Below, piece after piece: positions 1 to 7,354 of a DNA stretch of 40,943 bases; positions within the stretch are counted from its first letter, which is position 1; each line of letters opens with the position of its first letter. The position numbers and the translations under genes were made by a program. The notes beneath the pieces were generated by a model that was not told the origin of the DNA, did not search any database, and saw only the letters and a program-made list of their open reading frames with translations. The stretch comes from a virus, in the IMG/VR virus record IMGVR_UViG_3300037445_000039, positions 1 through 40,943 of that record. One strand, given 5' to 3'.

Positions 1-69
1 CTGGACGAGTGGCTCGATGAGTTGATCAAGGTCGCCGAGCAGGCCGCTACCCCGAAGACCGGCGCATGA
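1..69 (+). CDS. 3' end of the 53-aa lysis-cassette ORF (duplicate of 40817-40885 created by the overlap)
   Basis: In-frame LDEWLDELIKVAEQAATPKTGA then stop. Identical to the end of ORF 40724..40885. Confidence 0.5.
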   Translation: MDEWLDELIKVAEQAATPKTGA

Positions 70-127
70 GCGACACGCCCCCGGTTGCGGCGATTCTCCC
101 CGGCGACGTCCTACTCTACGCCGGCAC
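1..127. repeat. Terminal direct repeat, copy 1 (identical to 40817-40943)
   Basis: Base-by-base comparison: the same 127-mer, ctggacgagtggctcgatga...ctactctacgccggcac, is at both ends. Confidence 0.97.
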
Positions 128-542
128 TGGCGCCAACGATTGGGTCATCTCGATCAAGACCTGGTCGAAGGTGACGCACTGCGAGCTGGCGTTGAGCACG
201 ACCGAGAGCGCGGCGAGCCGGCCCGGGCTGGGCGTGCACACCTACCCGCTGCGCGTAGACGACCTCACGCACATCCTGCGGCCGAACAAGACCCTCGACA
301 TGGTCGGAGTGAAGACCTTCCACCAGCAGTGTCTCGGGCAGGCGTACGACTGGTGGGGGCTGATGCGCTTCTACACGCTCGGCGAACAGTCGCTCGACAA
401 GCAGTTCTGCAGCGAGTACCTGACGCGGCTCCTGCGGCATGGAGGCTTCGAGCCCTTCCAAGCCGAGGACGATGCCGACCTCGTGGCGCCGGGCACGTTC
501 CTCTACAGCTCGTGCCTGCTGCGCGTCTGGTCGCAGTCCTGA
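66..542 (+). CDS. Permuted papain-fold (NlpC/P60, YiiX/C92-like) cell-wall peptidase, putative endolysin
   Basis: 158 aa. GDVLLY...VTHCEL (His) precedes QFCSEYL (Cys), the permuted order of the catalytic residues. ATGA-coupled to the preceding small ORF. Last gene of the holin-like cassette. Confidence 0.75.
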   Translation: MSDTPPVAAILPGDVLLYAGTGANDWVISIKTWSKVTHCELALSTTESAASRPGLGVHTYPLRVDDLTHILRPNKTLDMVGVKTFHQQCLGQAYDWWGLMRFYTLGEQSLDKQFCSEYLTRLLRHGGFEPFQAEDDADLVAPGTFLYSSCLLRVWSQS

Positions 543-623
543 GTGTCACTTCTGGCGGGCCGGGGGGAGCTTGCACTGTGGTCGCTTCAACCGATGTGTT
601 GGCGTCCGGCCCGCCCGATTCTG

Positions 624-664
624 GTGCCCCGCGGGGTGCCCCGTTTCGCTGGCGAAGTGCCCCG
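624..664 (+). promoter_or_regulatory. attP left arm: three direct GTGCCCCG repeats (624, 636, 657), candidate arm-type integrase sites
   Basis: The 8-mer is read at 624-631, 636-643 and 657-664. Copy 2 extends to GTGCCCCGTTTCG, identical to the copy at 807. Confidence 0.6.
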
Positions 665-723
665 CAATCGGGCGCCATGTGTCGCAACCCGTCGTGGGCC
701 GTCTCTCAATTTGCTCAGGAATC

Positions 724-773
724 TGGCGCGCCCGGCAGGATTCGAACCTGCGACCTTTGGCTCCGGAGGCCAA
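724..773 (-). other. attP core: 3' half of tRNA-Arg(CCG), from anticodon arm to CCA; no 5' half present
   Basis: The reverse complement reads TTGGC-CTCCGGA-GCCAA (anticodon CCG), AGGTC, GCAGG-TTCGAAT-CCTGC, CGGGCGC-G-CCA. Upstream sequence lacks the GCGCCCG acceptor strand and a D arm. It abuts the integrase stop codon. Confidence 0.8.
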
Positions 774-787
774 CGTTTCACGTGGAA

Positions 788-1864
788 CTACGAGGCTTTC
801 CGGCGAGTGCCCCGTTTCGGTGCCCCGCTTCGCTGCGCGGCGGCCAGCTTGGGCAGGGCCTTGCTAATGTGCTGCGAGATGGCGCCCATGATGTAGCGCC
901 ACGACGTGCGCGGATCGCGATGATCCAGCAATTCTTGCGCAGCGCGCTGCTCGCTGACGCGATAAGCCTCCGTCGCAAACGAGTGGCGAAGATCGTACGG
1001 CCGTCCGATCTTGACGCCTGCGGCCTGACAGGCCAGAATCCACGCTTTCCGTAGCGAGCTGGTGGAGAAGGTCCCCGTGGCCTTCGCGGCCAGCCACGCC
1101 TTGATCGCGTCCACACCCGCCGGCGTCAGGGGATACCAGCGCCCTTTCGTCCCGCCGCCTTTCCGTCGCCCCTGCACGAAGACTCGGCGCCGGTGGAGCT
1201 CGACGTGGCCTTGGTCGGGGTCGATGCGCATGATCTGCGCCGGCGGAATGCCGGTGTAGGCGATGAGCCCGAGTCGCGCCGGACTCTTCTTGCCGCGGAT
1301 CTTGGAGAGGATCCGTCGGATGGTCGCGTAGGTGTAGCCGCGCGGTTGTGGGTCAGGCTCACGGAATTTTTTGATGGCGCGGACGGGATTTTCCGCGGTC
1401 GGTCCGTCTAACGTCGTGTAGAGGTGGAGGATGGCCGTGCGCCGATGGTTCACGGTGCTGGCGGCGTAGGGCTTTTTCTCCTTGCCCCGCGGTTCCGTCG
1501 CCCAGCGGTGCAGGACGGCGGCGATCTCGGCCCCGGTCACCGTGTGGCGCCGACGGTGCCCAAACTCTGCGCTCCACAAGGCGATGTCCGCGGCGCGCAT
1601 CACGTAGCTGGGCATCGCCTTCACCGCCTCGAGGTACCGGCGCGCGTCATCCGCGAAGGTGCCTGGCGTGGTCGTGCGCGCCTTGTGCCGTCGCCGCAGT
1701 TCGACCCGCCGCTCCTCCTGCCACGCCTTCATCGCCTTCACGTCGGCGGTCAGCGGATAGCGTTTCTCCTCGCGGTGCTTCGCGATTTCCACGCGGACGG
1801 CGTAGCCCAGATCGTCGCGGAAGATCCCCCGCGCGACGCGGTGGCGGCGACTCTGGCGCGGCAT
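788..1864 (-). CDS. int: Tyrosine recombinase / phage integrase
   Basis: 358 aa. C-terminal RPYDLRHSFAT...LLDHRDPRTSWRY gives the R, HxxR and Y catalytic signature. Adjacent to the tRNA-fragment attP. Confidence 0.95.
   Translation of the reverse strand: MPRQSRRHRVARGIFRDDLGYAVRVEIAKHREEKRYPLTADVKAMKAWQEERRVELRRRHKARTTTPGTFADDARRYLEAVKAMPSYVMRAADIALWSAEFGHRRRHTVTGAEIAAVLHRWATEPRGKEKKPYAASTVNHRRTAILHLYTTLDGPTAENPVRAIKKFREPDPQPRGYTYATIRRILSKIRGKKSPARLGLIAYTGIPPAQIMRIDPDQGHVELHRRRVFVQGRRKGGGTKGRWYPLTPAGVDAIKAWLAAKATGTFSTSSLRKAWILACQAAGVKIGRPYDLRHSFATEAYRVSEQRAAQELLDHRDPRTSWRYIMGAISQHISKALPKLAAAQRSGAPKRGTRRKAS
807..827 (+). promoter_or_regulatory. attP right arm: two more GTGCCCCG repeats (807, 820) inside the 3' end of int
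   Basis: GTGCCCCGTTTCG at 807 and GGTGCCCCGCTTCGCTG at 819, in the same orientation as the left-arm copies. Confidence 0.6.
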
Positions 1865-2217
1865 CAGTCCTCATCCAGCTGTACGAATGGTCGGTCATAT
1901 TCCGCCTCGAACCAGCGCTGGATCTCGCCTACGACGGCACCATACTCTGGCATCGGCCCCTGCCCTGAATTAGGTAGTGCCATCGAGAGCCTGGCAAGAA
2001 TCGGACTCACGCGGCGTTTGACATGATCATCAAGGGCGTCCTGGAAATTGGCGGCGAACCGATGCCAGCCCCACCCGTCAGCCAAGCTTTTCCAGAATAC
2101 GTATGAACCGACGGCGGCCAAGCCTAGCCGCAAATCTAAATATCCGAGCAGACTGAGAGCCCATATTGAAAAAGCGACGATCTCAATAACGACACCAACG
2201 GCAATCGAAAATGTCAT
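1864..2217 (-). CDS. Membrane protein (two N-terminal TM helices plus a soluble C-terminal domain), function unknown
   Basis: 117 aa. ATGA overlaps on both sides. GGAG lies 9 nt upstream of the start. GC is lower than in neighbouring genes. Confidence 0.7.
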   Translation of the reverse strand: MTFSIAVGVVIEIVAFSIWALSLLGYLDLRLGLAAVGSYVFWKSLADGWGWHRFAANFQDALDDHVKRRVSPILARLSMALPNSGQGPMPEYGAVVGEIQRWFEAEYDRPFVQLDED

Positions 2218-2342
2218 CGCTGTTTCTCCAGCGCCTCGATGCGCGTCTCTGCTCTGCTGACCCGACGTTCAAGCGCGGTCACCACCACCATCACGATCAC
2301 CCACGCCAGCCCGAATCCACCCCCGACCAGCCAATCGCGCAT
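2214..2342 (-). CDS. Small single-TM protein (42 aa)
   Basis: MRDWLVGGGFGLAWVIVMVVVTAL... An AAGGAG lies 5 nt upstream of this ATG. The track start at 2405 would place a 9-bp hairpin inside the coding region. Confidence 0.55.
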   Translation of the reverse strand: MRDWLVGGGFGLAWVIVMVVVTALERRVSRAETRIEALEKQR

Positions 2343-2360
2343 GGAGACTCCTTGGAGGGA

Positions 2361-2384
2361 AAGCCGCCGGGGGCGCGGCGGCTT
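2361..2384 (-). terminator. GC-rich 9-bp hairpin (AAGCCGCCG / CGGCGGCTT), candidate attenuator or terminator between the repressor gene and the downstream genes
   Basis: Perfect inverted repeat with a 6-nt loop. On the minus-strand RNA it is followed by UUCCCUCC, a weak U tract. Confidence 0.4.
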
Positions 2385-2434
2385 AATTACAGAATAGTGT
2401 TTCATCGAACGTCTTCATTTCACAGCGCCCGGAT

Positions 2435-2454
2435 GGTGGTCGAAGGCGACCACC
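2435..2454 (-). terminator. 8-bp hairpin with a tetraloop (GGTGGTCG aagg CGACCACC) just downstream of the repressor gene
   Basis: Perfect inverted repeat read in the 83-146 nt spacer after the repressor stop codon. No U tract follows. Confidence 0.35.
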
Positions 2455-2488
2455 CGGCCCTGAGACGCCGAGCGCGAGGCCGAAGCGC

Positions 2489-3046
2489 TCACGCTTTTGG
2501 GCCGGTTCCCGTACCCTTGGCCTCCCGTTCTGCGATACCTGCTGCAAAGTTGACGCAATGCACGGCGAAATACTCCCGCCGATGCTCCGGACAAAGCTTC
2601 CACGCGCCACGTATCAGGTCGAAAATATCTGGTTCCCCCACGCGCGCCTCCTGCCCTGCCGGCGTGCTGGATTGAGTAGCCCCGGATGTAGCCGATAACG
2701 GGCTGGCGATGTGCACGCCCGCGGTGACCTCAGGCACCGACACTTTTCCACCGCTCCGCTCGGCGACCAGGAATTGTGCGAGTTCTCCCACGGGCACGTC
2801 ATAAATTTGCGCCAATCCCCACAACACGCCTGCGTCCGGCGCCATGACCGTGCCCTTCTCGTACTCCGACAGGGTTGAGCGATCGAGCTGCAGCCCATAT
2901 TTCACCGCCAAGCGATTCGCAACGTGCTCCTGGCTCCGCTTCTTGTTCCCAATCTTCACGGCCTCTCGAAGCGCTTTGAGCCGGGCACCAAAACGGGGAA
3001 CGACCACGGGACGGGGCGCGCCTGAATTTTTTCGACGGCTAACCAT
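2489..3046 (-). CDS. CI-like repressor: XRE-family HTH with a non-S24 C-terminal domain
   Basis: 185 aa. SQEHVANRLAVKYGLQLDRSTLSEYEKG is an HTH_3-type motif. Divergent from the Cro-like gene. No Ala-Gly or Ser..Lys peptidase motifs were seen. Confidence 0.85.
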   Translation of the reverse strand: MVSRRKNSGAPRPVVVPRFGARLKALREAVKIGNKKRSQEHVANRLAVKYGLQLDRSTLSEYEKGTVMAPDAGVLWGLAQIYDVPVGELAQFLVAERSGGKVSVPEVTAGVHIASPLSATSGATQSSTPAGQEARVGEPDIFDLIRGAWKLCPEHRREYFAVHCVNFAAGIAEREAKGTGTGPKA

Positions 3047-3071
3047 GTGTTAACGCAGAGGTTAGCGTGTC

Positions 3072-3089
3072 TGGTCGCGCGATAGACCA
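3072..3089. promoter_or_regulatory. Inverted repeat TGGTC-N8-GACCA in the switch region (candidate operator)
   Basis: Read directly in the 99-bp cI/cro intergenic region. Confidence 0.35.
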
Positions 3090-3103
3090 CAACAGGCCCA
3101 AAA

Positions 3104-3125
3104 AGTCGTTGACACGTCCACGACT
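3104..3125. promoter_or_regulatory. Inverted repeat AGTCGT-N10-ACGACT overlapping the -35 element of the rightward promoter (candidate operator)
   Basis: 6-bp arms flank and overlap TTGACA at 3109-3114. Confidence 0.4.
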
Positions 3126-3137
3126 GAGGCGTAATCT
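3109..3137 (+). promoter_or_regulatory. Sigma70-type early rightward promoter: TTGACA, 17-nt spacer, TAATCT
   Basis: -35 at 3109-3114 and -10 at 3132-3137. The cro-like ATG at 3146 lies 8 nt after the -10 element and has no SD. Confidence 0.7.
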
Positions 3138-3145
3138 CGTGCCGT

Positions 3146-3388
3146 ATGCCACGAAACACTCACCCGCGACCGCGCTACAACGCGCGTCTCCTTGCCGAAG
3201 ACATGGGGGCGCGCGGCTGGCAAGCCAAAGACATCGCGCGCATCGCTAACGTGTCCTCCCGGCAGGTTTCCCGTTTTCTCTGCGGCGATGTGCAGACCGC
3301 AAAGATGGCGAGGGTGCTTGCCGGCGCGCTGGGCCGGTCCCCGGCCCGCTACTTGATCCGCACGGTTCAGCCGGAGCCAGTTCGATGA
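3146..3388 (+). CDS. Cro-like HTH regulator
   Basis: 80 aa. WQAKDIARIANVSSRQVSRFLCGD is an HTH motif. First gene of the rightward operon. Confidence 0.8.
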   Translation: MPRNTHPRPRYNARLLAEDMGARGWQAKDIARIANVSSRQVSRFLCGDVQTAKMARVLAGALGRSPARYLIRTVQPEPVR

Positions 3389-3828
3389 GCGCCCTTCCTA
3401 ATTCGAGCAACAGGATGCTGCGGGCTGACTCATCAACGCCACGCAATAACGTCGGGAATACAGGGTCAATCGTGATCAAGACGCATGAGGATGAGTCCCC
3501 GCTCGGTCAATTGGATCTCGCCTCGGCCATCTCGATCGCGCTCGATCGGGCGGGTATCTCGCACAAGGCGGCGGCGCTCACGATGGGCATCGACCCCGCG
3601 CAGTGGTCGCGGCAGTTGCATGGCGACGGGCATATCAGCTTTCAGCGTCTGCAGAAGTTGTCGGCGGAGTTCTGGCGTGAGTTCCTCCCGTTACTCGCAA
3701 GCCCCTTGCAACTGACGATGAGCCACCAGGATTTCGCCGACTTCGCGATGTTGAAGATCGCCGCGCTCGTGCAGGAGATCGGCACCTACGTCATTCAGGT
3801 GCGGGCGCAGCAAAGGCGGGTGGCATGA
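3385..3828 (+). CDS. HTH protein, possibly a CII-like early regulator
   Basis: 147 aa. ISHKAAALTMGIDPAQWSRQLHG is an HTH motif. ATGA coupling at both ends. The exact start is uncertain. Confidence 0.65.
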   Translation: MSALPNSSNRMLRADSSTPRNNVGNTGSIVIKTHEDESPLGQLDLASAISIALDRAGISHKAAALTMGIDPAQWSRQLHGDGHISFQRLQKLSAEFWREFLPLLASPLQLTMSHQDFADFAMLKIAALVQEIGTYVIQVRAQQRRVA

Positions 3829-4535
3829 GCGAGCTGCGCTGTTCTGGATGCGACATGCCATTAGGCCGAAACGCCAATCGTTTTTGTCGCGCGTGTTGGA
3901 AGCGACACGTTGCTTCTGCCGCAACTGGCGGCTTGACGGTCGAGCGCACCTGTGAACGTTGCAGTGCTCCCTTCATGGTGAAGCCGTATCGGATACCGCG
4001 CGGCGAGGCCAAGTATTGCAGCGTGAATTGCTATTGGATGGCGCTGCGCGAAGTGTCCGCAGCGGTAGTGATTGCCCAGCGGGCATGCACGCGGTGCGGT
4101 GTAACCAAATCCGTCGCCGACTTTTACAGCACGTACTCAAAGCTACGGATCAAGCGGCCACTTTCTTGGTGCAAGGCCTGCGTGTGCGCATTCCGGCGTG
4201 TCCGGCAGCGCGAACTGTCTTTGCCGGCTGATATTCATGATCGGCTTCGTGCGGGGATGTGTGTTTCAGAGACGGGTTGTTGGGAGTGGCTCGGCGTCAT
4301 CCATCCACATGGGTATGGATCGATCACTGTCATAGGCCGAGTATCACTTGTTCATCGTGTGTCCTACGCGGCGTTCATCGGTCCGTTGATTCCAGGCCTG
4401 CAGGTGGATCACTTATGCGCGAACAGACGTTGCATCAACCCGAATCATCTGGAGCAAGTGACGGCGGCAATCAACACCAGGAGAGCGGTGGCGCGCCGGC
4501 GAAATGCCGCTGCTCTGAGCATTCAGTGCTCATGA
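3825..4535 (+). CDS. HNH endonuclease with N-terminal CxxC zinc ribbons
   Basis: 236 aa. GCWEWLG...HGYG...LVHRVSY...VDHLCANRRCINPNHLEQVT..N is an HNH_3-type signature. Confidence 0.85.
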   Translation: MSELRCSGCDMPLGRNANRFCRACWKRHVASAATGGLTVERTCERCSAPFMVKPYRIPRGEAKYCSVNCYWMALREVSAAVVIAQRACTRCGVTKSVADFYSTYSKLRIKRPLSWCKACVCAFRRVRQRELSLPADIHDRLRAGMCVSETGCWEWLGVIHPHGYGSITVIGRVSLVHRVSYAAFIGPLIPGLQVDHLCANRRCINPNHLEQVTAAINTRRAVARRRNAAALSIQCS

Positions 4536-4726
4536 TCACCGAACTGGCTGCGCTGCTGCGCACCTCGCGTCGCACGCTGGAGCGCCGGCTGAAGGCGGGG
4601 GATGACCTCCCGCCGCAGCTCCCGGCGATCGACAAGCGGCCGCGGTGGACGCGCGCCGCGGTAGACGCCTGGCTCGCGCGGCCGGCCCATGTCGCGACCT
4701 TCGGCCGCAAGCGAGGCTGGCGATGA
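4532..4726 (+). CDS. Excisionase/AlpA-like HTH protein (MerR-superfamily HTH_17)
   Basis: 64 aa. ELAALLRTSRRTLERRLKAGDDLPP...PRWTRAAVDAWL. ATGA coupling at both ends. Confidence 0.65.
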   Translation: MITELAALLRTSRRTLERRLKAGDDLPPQLPAIDKRPRWTRAAVDAWLARPAHVATFGRKRGWR

Positions 4727-4953
4727 TTGGCTATATGACGGTGACGCGCATGTTGCGCCACGACACAAAAGTTGAGGTCTCTACTGTGGATCGTCATCCT
4801 GACGATCATGTCATCCGGATCGACGATGACGGGACCTATTTGACGTTCCATCTAAATGCTGATACCGCCGACGTTGCGGACCGCATTGCCGCGGCGTTCA
4901 CCAAGGCTGCCGCCGGAGCGCGTGCCGCGAAGGCCGCCGAGGTGCTGGCATGA
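4723..4953 (+). CDS. Hypothetical protein (76 aa)
   Basis: ATGA coupling to both neighbours. Confidence 0.65.
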   Translation: MIGYMTVTRMLRHDTKVEVSTVDRHPDDHVIRIDDDGTYLTFHLNADTADVADRIAAAFTKAAAGARAAKAAEVLA

Positions 4954-5201
4954 AGGTGCTCCTCACGGCGTGGTGGCAGCAGGTCACCGGCTACCGCATG
5001 GCCGTGAGCACGGCCTACAGCAAGGGCTACAACGACGGCTTCCTCAAAGGGCTCGCCGCTGGTCAGCGCACGGCACGGGCGATGGCCTTTATCGACGGCT
5101 TCAATGAGGGGCGCGAATCCACGCGCGACATCCCGCTCGACACCGGCAACGTGGACACCTTTGAAGACGATGACGATGGAGGGTGGACATGTTCGCACTG
5201 A
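4950..5201 (+). CDS. Hypothetical protein with a repeated GYNDGF / IDGFNEG motif and an acidic tail
   Basis: 83 aa, ATGA-coupled. Confidence 0.65.
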   Translation: MKVLLTAWWQQVTGYRMAVSTAYSKGYNDGFLKGLAAGQRTARAMAFIDGFNEGRESTRDIPLDTGNVDTFEDDDDGGWTCSH

Positions 5202-5503
5202 TTGCCATTGGGGCCCTCGGGGCCCTGTTGCTCTCGCTGCTCGTGTGGGCGCTCGTCTACGCCAGCGGCGCGGTCTCCACGGCCGTCTACGAAGGAGATG
5301 CCGAACGTGACGATCACGAATTGGCGCTGTCTGCTCAAAGGGCACGACGACGTGAAGCTGACGCGGCACGGGCGGCTGGCGGTGCAGTGCCGGCGCTGTC
5401 TGCGCGTGAGCAAGGGCCTCGCGATCCGGCCATCGGCGTCGATCAGGCCAGAGCCGAAGTGCGCGCGCGCATCCACCGCTACAACAACCGCGAGGTGAGA
5501 TAG
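5189..5503 (+). CDS. Membrane protein (N-terminal TM helix, Arg/Ala-rich C-terminus)
   Basis: GGAGG lies 6 nt upstream of the ATG at 5189. The track start at 5183 is a GTG. Confidence 0.6.
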   Translation: MFALIAIGALGALLLSLLVWALVYASGAVSTAVYEGDAERDDHELALSAQRARRREADAARAAGGAVPALSAREQGPRDPAIGVDQARAEVRARIHRYNNREVR

Positions 5504-5505
5504 CC

Positions 5506-5625
5506 GTGCCGAAGTGGTCGTGGTGTTCGGCGTGCGAACTGTTCTTCCCGTGGCGCTGGGATGTGACGCACTGCCCATGCTGCCACGAGCTGATGAAGGA
5601 CGAGGAATCCGATGCGCGGCCTTGA
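5506..5625 (+). CDS. Possible 39-aa zinc-ribbon micro-protein
   Basis: GTG start after GAGGTGA. CSAC...CPCC pattern. Below the length cut-off of the ORF track. Confidence 0.35.
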   Translation: MPKWSWCSACELFFPWRWDVTHCPCCHELMKDEESDARP

Positions 5626-5935
5626 CGACTACCTCACCCGCGAGCGCGATGACAGCTTCGACGATCGTGAGGATGTGTGCCCAGACTGCGGCTGGCGCGA
5701 GTGCCTGTGCCGCATCAATACGAGGGGTTATTCGATGAAGACGGTCAGCTTCGACGGCGCCTGTCCATTTCTTTTGTGCGTGACGCAGGAGCCGCACGAA
5801 CATCCCGTGTGCGAGACCTGTAACGCGATGAATTTCGGCAATCTGTCCTGTGATGACTGTCGGCGCTGGCGTCCGGCATATGAGAAGCAGGTAATCCAGC
5901 CCGCATTGCGAGAACTACGCAAGGAGATTCGATAG
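5612..5935 (+). CDS. Cys-rich hypothetical protein
   Basis: 107 aa. GAGGA lies 7 nt upstream. Several CxxC pairs. Confidence 0.65.
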   Translation: MRGLDDYLTRERDDSFDDREDVCPDCGWRECLCRINTRGYSMKTVSFDGACPFLLCVTQEPHEHPVCETCNAMNFGNLSCDDCRRWRPAYEKQVIQPALRELRKEIR

Positions 5936-6181
5936 ATGGCGAAGCGACGACCGAACCCCGAGCAGCAGACCAGCGACCGCAGCACCGTGGCGGGCTGTGC
6001 GCAGATTCTCGGCCCGCTGGCCACGCGCTACCCCGCACAGCTTGATGCGGCGTTGACGCTACTGCGCGCCTTTGCCGCCAGCAAGGTGGAACTGCCGGCA
6101 AAGCGCAAGGTCACGAAAGCGAAACAGTCCTTCGACGATGTGCTCGCGGCTGAAGCCGATGTGGCCATCATGCGGGGATAG
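5936..6181 (+). CDS. Hypothetical protein (81 aa)
   Basis: AAGGAG lies 9 nt upstream. Starts immediately after the preceding stop codon. Confidence 0.65.
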   Translation: MAKRRPNPEQQTSDRSTVAGCAQILGPLATRYPAQLDAALTLLRAFAASKVELPAKRKVTKAKQSFDDVLAAEADVAIMRG

Positions 6182-6382
6182 TTCATGTCTGCGGCAGCGT
6201 GGACGGTGACACGCCTGCGTTTCTGCTCACGGACGTTGGGTTGTGCCGGGTCATGACCGGAGCGAGCAACAGCAACGGACGCAGCTTCTGGCAATCGGAA
6301 TCTGACAACGCGTGAGGCGGTCCGATCGTCACGGGAGAGCCGGGTCAGTACCGGCCCGCAGACTTCAGATAGGAGCATGCAC

Positions 6383-7354
6383 ATGGAAGCGGTTCGAGAC
6401 ATCAGCACGCGCGCGCAGCAGACCGGCCTCGTGCGCGCCCTGCCGCAGCCGGAGGCGCTACAGCCGGCCGCGCCGAGCGCCGTGCAGTTCACCGAAGAGC
6501 AGGTCGCGCTCATCAAGCGAACGATCGCCAAGGGCGCGACGGACGACGAGTTCAAGTTGTTTCTGTGGCAGTGCAAGCGCACGCGACTGGACCCATTCGC
6601 GCGTCAGATTTTCGCGGTGAAAAGATGGGACCGCGAGCAGAGCCGCGAGGTGATGCAGACACAGATCAGCATCGATGGCCTCCGTCTTGTGGCCGAGCGC
6701 ACCGGCGAGTATCGCGGCCAGACGCCGGCCCAGTGGTGCGGCCCCGATGGCGCATGGACCGATGTGTGGCTCAACAAAGAGCCGCCGACGGCCGCGCGCA
6801 TCGGCGTCCACCGTCAGGGCTTCGTCGAGCCGGTGTATGCGGTGGCGCGCTACGACGCCTACGTGCAGACGAAGAAGGGCGGCGAGCCCAACTCGATGTG
6901 GTCGAAGATGCCGGACAACCAGCTCGCCAAATGCGCCGAGGCGCTAGCGCTGCGCAAGGCGTTCCCGCAGGAACTGAGCGGCCTCTACACCGGCGACGAG
7001 ATGGCACAGGCGGGCTCCGATCTCGTGAACACCAACACCGGCGAAGTGGTGAACGATGACGGTGCGCTGCGCGTCGTGCACGTCGAGCCCTTCACCGGCA
7101 AGACGAAAACCGGCCGCGACTTTTCGTGCTGGGATGTCGCTTTCAGCGACGGGCGCACCGCGCGCACGTTCTCCCGCACGATGGGCGAGGACGCGATGGC
7201 CTGCTGCGAGGATCGAACGCCCGTCGAGGCCGTAACGGCGACCGCGAAGAGCGGCAAGTTCCTCGACCTTATGGAGCTGCATGCGGTGCTCGATGTCGCG
7301 CCGGAGCCGGGATCATTCGATGGCCCGCAGGACGGAGAGGAGCAGCCGTTCTAA
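6383..7354 (+). CDS. bet: Single-strand annealing recombinase, Bet/RecT family
   Basis: [19 protein letters not shown]...[36 protein letters not shown] is a Bet-type signature. AGGAG lies 7 nt upstream of the ATG at 6383; the alternative ATG at 6377 is only 1 nt from it. There is a C-terminal extension of about 100 aa. Confidence 0.9.
   Translation: MEAVRDISTRAQQTGLVRALPQPEALQPAAPSAVQFTEEQVALIKRTIAKGATDDEFKLFLWQCKRTRLDPFARQIFAVKRWDREQSREVMQTQISIDGLRLVAERTGEYRGQTPAQWCGPDGAWTDVWLNKEPPTAARIGVHRQGFVEPVYAVARYDAYVQTKKGGEPNSMWSKMPDNQLAKCAEALALRKAFPQELSGLYTGDEMAQAGSDLVNTNTGEVVNDDGALRVVHVEPFTGKTKTGRDFSCWDVAFSDGRTARTFSRTMGEDAMACCEDRTPVEAVTATAKSGKFLDLMELHAVLDVAPEPGSFDGPQDGEEQPF

Noticed and set aside
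724-800. A complete tRNA-Arg gene.
   Set aside because: Only the 3' part, from the anticodon stem to CCA, is present. Upstream sequence lacks the GCGCCCG acceptor strand and a foldable D arm, and it runs into the int coding region.
5591-5625. CTGATGA hammerhead-like core (also at 16488 and 22247).
   Set aside because: No flanking stem II or stem III and no GAAA element in the correct arrangement. All three sites lie inside coding sequence.
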